NCBI RefSeq assembly: GCF_046119375.1
Contig: NW_027362772.1
Span: 131,254,001-131,318,000 of the forward strand
DNA: 64,000 nt
Direction of reading: 5' to 3'
Source of the DNA: Phyllobates terribilis
Lineage: Eukaryota
Part shown: in pieces, positions 62,330-64,000 of the stretch
Layout of the letters: each line of letters begins with the position of its first letter
Numbering within the stretch: position 1 is the stretch's first letter
Notes under the pieces: generated by a model
Told to the model about the DNA's origin: nothing
Seen by the model: the letters and a program-made list of their open reading frames with translations, nothing else
Databases searched by the model: none
Made by a program: the position numbers and the translations under genes

Positions 62330-63145
62330 TATAGAAAAGACAACTTATCCTATATACCCATGATGAATAGCCAACTCGAAAATAAATACAAAAAACTAGA
62401 GGAAAACGAGTATGCGGCGAAAAGCACTGGCGACGCTCCGGATGTGGTCCTCTTGGCGCTTCTGGGGCGTCGCGTCTGCTTTGACGGGCGTTGCGGGGGG
62501 CGGGATGTTGTGAGCGGTCCCGGCGCATGCGCCAGATATGCCTTCCGGCTGGCGGCCATCTTCTTCCGGTCACGTGACATCACACATGACCATTTTAGCG
62601 CGCTATTTAAAAAGATGCCGGTCTCTGGACCAGCGACGCCTCTTGAGAAAGCGATCTACGCGAAACGCACGTCGAGGCTTGCAGGCTCTACACCTGTTCT
62701 CTTTTGCCTTGCCAATTTACCCTCCTGTCCTCTCTCCCTCTGGCACTTATATTGGTGAGTTATCTTTACATACAATGACTGTATATGTCGGATACCTCTT
62801 AACGCTGTATACCCTTGGGCTGACTATATATATATCTCCTATATTCAGATTCTCTCTGAATCTTGGAATTATAGACTCCTTGCTCCCAATCTAAGTGTAC
62901 CACTATTTATAATAGCCCGGTCATATCTGCACCCTAGGGGAACACTCTCACTGATGTTTTATCTTAGGACTTTGTCCTGGATTACTTTGTACTACTAGTC
63001 CGTATGTTCCCCTTTGTTGCAGTGTGATTTTGGTTGCTATTTGTACCTTTCACTTTGTGATATGTCCCGCAAATTTACATATATTTGTAACTTACACTTT
63101 TTTAAAATGTGATTTTTTCAATATTTAATAAAGTTTTTTCGAATT
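62330..63145 (+). mobile_element. Probable Penelope-like element terminal (pLTR) fragment
   Basis: CpG-rich block, TATTTAAA, a hammerhead-like ...GCG...CGCGAAACGCACGTC motif, a T-rich tail and AATAAA at ~63127. Confidence 0.55.
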
Positions 63146-63164
63146 TCGCCGCATACTTGTTATG

Positions 63165-63197
<33 letters not shown>

Positions 63198-63418
63198 GCA
63201 CACATACTGTACATTATGTATACATTATGGTACGTTATGTCATTATAGGTAATTTGACCAGAATACCCATTTAAAAATCTTATGGTTGATAGAAGAAATC
63301 TTAAACCATCTGCTTCTAACGAGACAGAAGTATGGCATCCCCGAAGAGAAGAAGAGGGCCTAGAATCTTGGAGCAACTACTACTAATTTCCTCATTTTTG
63401 AATGATTGTAACCAATGT

Positions 63419-63630
63419 CTGTCATGCAAGGTGTAGGAAAGACTAAGTGCAACACAAAGGGAAGAGGGAAAGGGAGCCCAAACTCTAGGGAAAGGGGTGA
63501 GTGGAGACCTCCTAGGCTGATCTAGCGTCACCCTGTCTCCACTAACGTCCCTATATTGGTTCTTCACCAATCACCACATGTGTACCTCGTCCTGTCTTTC
63601 CCTGGCTTTAGGCTCAGGCTAGGAAAGGGA
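63419..63630 (-). mobile_element. Partial Gypsy LTR
   Basis: Reverse-complement similarity to ~28140-28340. Confidence 0.65.
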
Positions 63631-63639
63631 TGGGATCAA

Positions 63640-64000
63640 TGACTGCACGAATCTTCTCCGGACCCATCCGAAACTAGAAGATGACAACAAGTACCCCAAA
63701 AACTGCACCTCCTGAACAGCAAAAACACATTTTTCCATTTTGGCAAAAAGTTTGTTATCCCTCAATATTTGAAGCACCTGCATAACATGCCCCTGATGCG
63801 TCTAAACATCAGGTGAGTAAACCAAAATATTGTCCCGATAGACCACCAGAAACCTCCCCACCAAATGATGGAAAATATCATTTATGAAATGCTGGAATGC
63901 CGCAGGTGCATTGGTCAAACCAAAAGGCATAACCAGACTCTCAAAATGTCCTTCCGGGGTATTCAACACTATTTTCCATTCGTCCCCTTCTCTGATTCTA
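63640..64000 (-). pseudogene. Gypsy RT fragment running off the window
   Basis: Minus-strand translation [39 protein letters not shown]...VYRDNIL...KCVFA. Confidence 0.85.

Noticed and set aside
62273-62758. 161-aa ORF as a host gene
   Set aside because: It begins in a TA microsatellite and crosses the non-coding Penelope-like terminal region, with no recognisable domain.

Overview
This 64-kb window is eukaryotic, AT-rich DNA made almost entirely of nested transposable elements. The element families (T2/Kolobok and Harbinger MITEs, piggyBac-like TTAA elements, CR1, L2, sushi-like chromoviruses, an Ngaro/DIRS element with an SGNH ORF) suggest an anuran amphibian; this is an inference. I found no confident host gene, rRNA, tRNA or CRISPR array. 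Main contents: five near full-length Tc1-type elements from three catalytic classes (one DD34E, one DD37E, three DD38E) plus a fold-back DD37E derivative; a CR1 LINE whose ORF2 has a single premature stop; several L2 remnants; two full-length chromodomain Gypsy elements with target-site duplications (TSDs); four solo LTRs; a deleted hAT element; an Ngaro/DIRS tyrosine-recombinase retrotransposon; and a Penelope-like fragment. The most notable observations are: (i) both Gypsy elements lack a tRNA primer site and instead carry a post-LTR sequence complementary to their own predicted transcript start, as in Tf1/sushi self-priming; (ii) the Ngaro element carries a fourth ORF encoding an SGNH hydrolase; (iii) a 28-bp micro-inversion flips the ATG of an otherwise intact DD38E transposase; (iv) a 1.57-kb palindromic Tc1 built from two 3' ends apparently transposed as a unit; (v) a chimeric tandem Tc1 pair fits an unequal crossover; (vi) MITEs carry outward-facing splice donors around CRE/E-box CpG cores; (vii) a degenerate hammerhead-like motif sits in the Penelope-like fragment. 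All boundaries were read by eye, and no database searches were run.
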